Made by a program: the position numbers and the translations under genes. The notes below the pieces were generated by a model that made no database searches, was not told where the DNA came from, and was given only the letters and a program-made list of their open reading frames with translations. 64,000 bases of DNA from positions 8,558,001-8,622,000 of the forward strand of contig CM075993.1 of the NCBI GenBank assembly GCA_038087875.1, given 5' to 3'. Below are positions 61,170 through 64,000 of the stretch, piece by piece. The stretch's first letter is position 1. Each line of letters opens with the position of its first letter. This DNA is from Malacoraja senta (lineage: Eukaryota).

Positions 61170-62495
61170 CGGACATTTGGATAGCAGTAAAAGGATTAGT
61201 CGAAGTCAACATGGATTTATGAAAGGGAAATCATGCTTGACTAATCTTCTGGAATTTCTTGAGGACGTGACAAGTAAAATGGATGAAGGGGTGCCAGTGG
61301 ATGTAGTGTATCTAGACTTTCAGAAAGCCTTTGATAAGGTCCCGCACGGCAGACTGGTGATTAAAATTAGAGCACATGGTATTGCGGGTAGTGGTGTTGA
61401 CATGGATAGAAAATTGGTTGGCAGACCGGAAGCAAAGAGTAGGAGTGAACGGGTCCTTTTCAGAATGGCAGGCAGTGGCGAGTGGAGTGCCGCAAGGCTC
61501 AGTGTTGGGGCCGCAACTGTTTACCATATATATTCATGATTTGGAAGAGGGTATTAGGAGCAACACTAGCAAGTTTGCGGATGACACAAAGCTGGGTGGC
61601 ATTGTGAACTGTGAAGAGGATGTTAGGAGGTTGCAGGGTGACCTGGACAGGTTGAGTGAGTGGGCAGATGCGTGGCAGATGCAGTATAATATAGATAAAT
61701 GTGAGGTTATCCACTTTGGCGGCAAAAACAAGGGGGCAGATTATTATCTCATTGGGGTTAGGTTAGGTTAGGGGGAAGTACAGCGAGACCTGGGTGTCCT
61801 TGTACACCGGTCACTGAAAGTTGGCGTGCAGGTACAGCAGGCAGTGAAGAAAGCTAATGGAATGTTGGCCTTCATAACAAGAGGATTTCAGTATAGGAGT
61901 AAAGAGGTTCTTCTGCAGTTGTATAGGGCTCTGGTGAGACCACATCTGGAGTATTGTGTACAGTTTTGGTCTCCTAATTTGAGGAAGGACATCCTTGTGA
62001 TTGAGGCAGTGCAGCGTAGGTTCACGAGATTGATCCCTGGGATGGCGGGACTGTCATATGAGGAAAGATTGTAAAGACTAGGCTTGTATTCACTGGAGTT
62101 TAGAAGGATGAGGAGGGATCTTATAGAAACATATAAAATTATAAAAGGACTGGACAAGCTAGATGCAGGAAAAATGTTCCCAATGTTGGGAGAGTCCAGA
62201 ACGAGGGGCCACAGTTTTAGAATAAAGGGGAGGTCATTTAAGACTGAGATGAGAAAAAACGTTTTCACCCAGAGAGTTGTGAAATTATGGAATTCCCTGC
62301 CACAGAGGCCAAATCACTGGATGGATTTAAGAGAGAGTTAGATAGAGCTCTAGGGGCTAGTGGAGTCAAGGGATATGGGGAGAAGGCAGGAACGGGTTAT
62401 TGATACGGGACGATCAGCCATGATCACAATGAATGGTGGTGCTGGCTCGAAGGGCCGAATGGCCTCCTCCTGCACCTATTTTCTATGTTTCTATG
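61170..62495 (+). mobile_element. 5'-truncated CR1/HER1-like LINE with frameshifts
   Basis: SQHGFMKGKSCLTNLLEF, YLDFQKAFDKVPH, GVPQGSVLGP and KFADDTK; tail TTCTATGTTTCTATG. Confidence 0.94.
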
Positions 62496-63057
62496 GTCCA
62501 GTTTTGTAAGTCGCGTTCCTGCTATAATGTGGGAAGTAGAGCAACCAGTTTGAAGGCTGTGTAGTCCCATCTGTTTTGGGTGGAGACACAAGGAATTGCA
62601 GATGCTGGAACCTTGAGCAAAAAATAATGAACTAGAAGAACTCAGAGGCTCTGGTAGCTTCTATGGAGGGAATGATTCCTCAATAGGAATGGATCATAAA
62701 AGTCTGAAGAAATGTCCCAACCCAAAAGATCATCTGTCCATCTCTTTTAGATGTTGACAGAAGGACAAGCACTTGGACAGAGCCTCCCTGTTCTCTGCAG
62801 AATAGTCTCACTGGATCATTTATGTCCTTCTGAGAGAGCAGTTGGAGCCTCAAAATAATGCCTCATCCAAAAGAGAGTACACCTACCTCACACTGTGGTG
62901 TACTCAGCCTCCCACTGAGCCATAGCAGATGCTGACTGGTTGACAGTGGGACACTGAAGGCTGTGGATTCACCCCTGTAGGACATTCAAGAACCAGCTGG
63001 GTTTGTATCCCAGGTTTATAGATTTCATTTACTTTAATCTTTACTTTTCATCTATAG

Positions 63058-63625
63058 CAGGGGTTGGCAACCTTGTTCTGCATAGGGGCCAGGACGCATG
63101 TCTGTGAGCGGATGGCGGGCCACATCTACCACGTGTACACATGGATCCCACCCCGAATGGCCGGCGTCAAATCACGTGTTCACATAGATCCCGCCCCTTC
63201 AAGGACGCCACCCGGACCACTGGCCCCTAGTTACGGGCGCTCACGAACATGGCGCACCTACGGACCATTGCCTTGGCTCTGTCCTGAAGGCGGTGGCTCA
63301 ATTATCACACTCACTCATCCCCGGCCTTTTGACAACCTCGATCCCGACAGTGAAGTCCAGACACAGAAGGTGCGTGGCCGTGCCGGCGGCTTTGCGCAGG
63401 ATGCGGTACAGCCAGAGCTTGACCGCGCTCGGTGCCCCACCGCGGCCTCGGGCCCGGGAGGAGGAGACGGCCTCACCCAACCCTCGGTCCGAAATCACCT
63501 TCCAGGTACCGGAGATGATGGAAGTCTGCGGGCCGGATGATTACGGATAAAAAAACGCCTGCGGGCCAGATGATTTCAGGTTACGGGCCGCATTTGGCCC
63601 GTGGGCCATAGGTTGCCGACCCCTG
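63058..63625. mobile_element. hAT (Charlie-like) MITE, 568 bp
   Basis: TIRs CAGGGGTTGGCAACCT / AGGTTGCCGACCCCTG. Perfect 8-bp TSD ATCTATAG at 63050-63057 and 63626-63633. Confidence 0.95.
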
Positions 63626-64000
63626 ATCTATAGGAAGTGGTGCTATCGGCAAGGCCAGCATTTGTTGCATGTTGCCATTTGCCTCTGGAAGGTGTTGGCA
63701 ATTTGTCACCTCAAACCAATACAGTTTGTCTGCTGAAGATACTCTTTAAATTGCTGTGAAGTAGAAAGTACCAAAATTTAGTGTTGTTGAAAGCTGTGCT
63801 CACCAAATCAAGCAGGGAATATTCCATCACAGTCCTTGTCTGTTAGTTGTAAATGGTGGAAAGGCTGTGTTTCCCAGACACTGGGTGGATTTGCATTCTG
63901 GACTTCATGGTTGTCTGCTCTGTGCCATCAACTGCAAATTTGATTTGGATGAAGTACAGCGAGAAATTATTTTTATCTGAGTGAGCTGCATTGAATCGAT

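Noticed and set aside
63064..63550. 158-aa ORF
   Set aside because: It lies wholly inside the hAT MITE, has no transposase motifs, and is a GC-driven open frame.

Overview
This is eukaryotic, repeat-rich vertebrate DNA. The HE1/V-SINE-type SINEs, HER1/CR1 LINEs and Penelope derivatives point to a cartilaginous fish, probably a skate or ray (inferred from repeat content). Host genes, both on the + strand: (i) the 3' end of a ZNF609-like gene, with coding exons at 4241-4400 and 5554-5644 (stop at 5637-5639) and a probable ~4.8 kb 3'UTR exon from 11165 to about 15965 with AATAAA at 15943; (ii) a CpG-rich promoter and first coding exon at 48722-48762, tentatively GRAMD2A-like. Most of the remainder is mobile DNA. 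It includes three Tc1 elements, one full-length with an intact 339-aa DD34E transposase, and a two-LTR Gypsy element with an internal inversion. It also includes nested Penelope-like elements carrying minimal hammerhead ribozyme motifs, a palindromic THAP-derived MITE, a hAT MITE, Helitron-like pieces, and many CR1, RTE, Rex/Babar and Vingi-like LINE fragments and tRNA-derived SINEs. No prokaryotic-type systems (CRISPR, operons) were seen. All family assignments come from motif recognition, not database searches.
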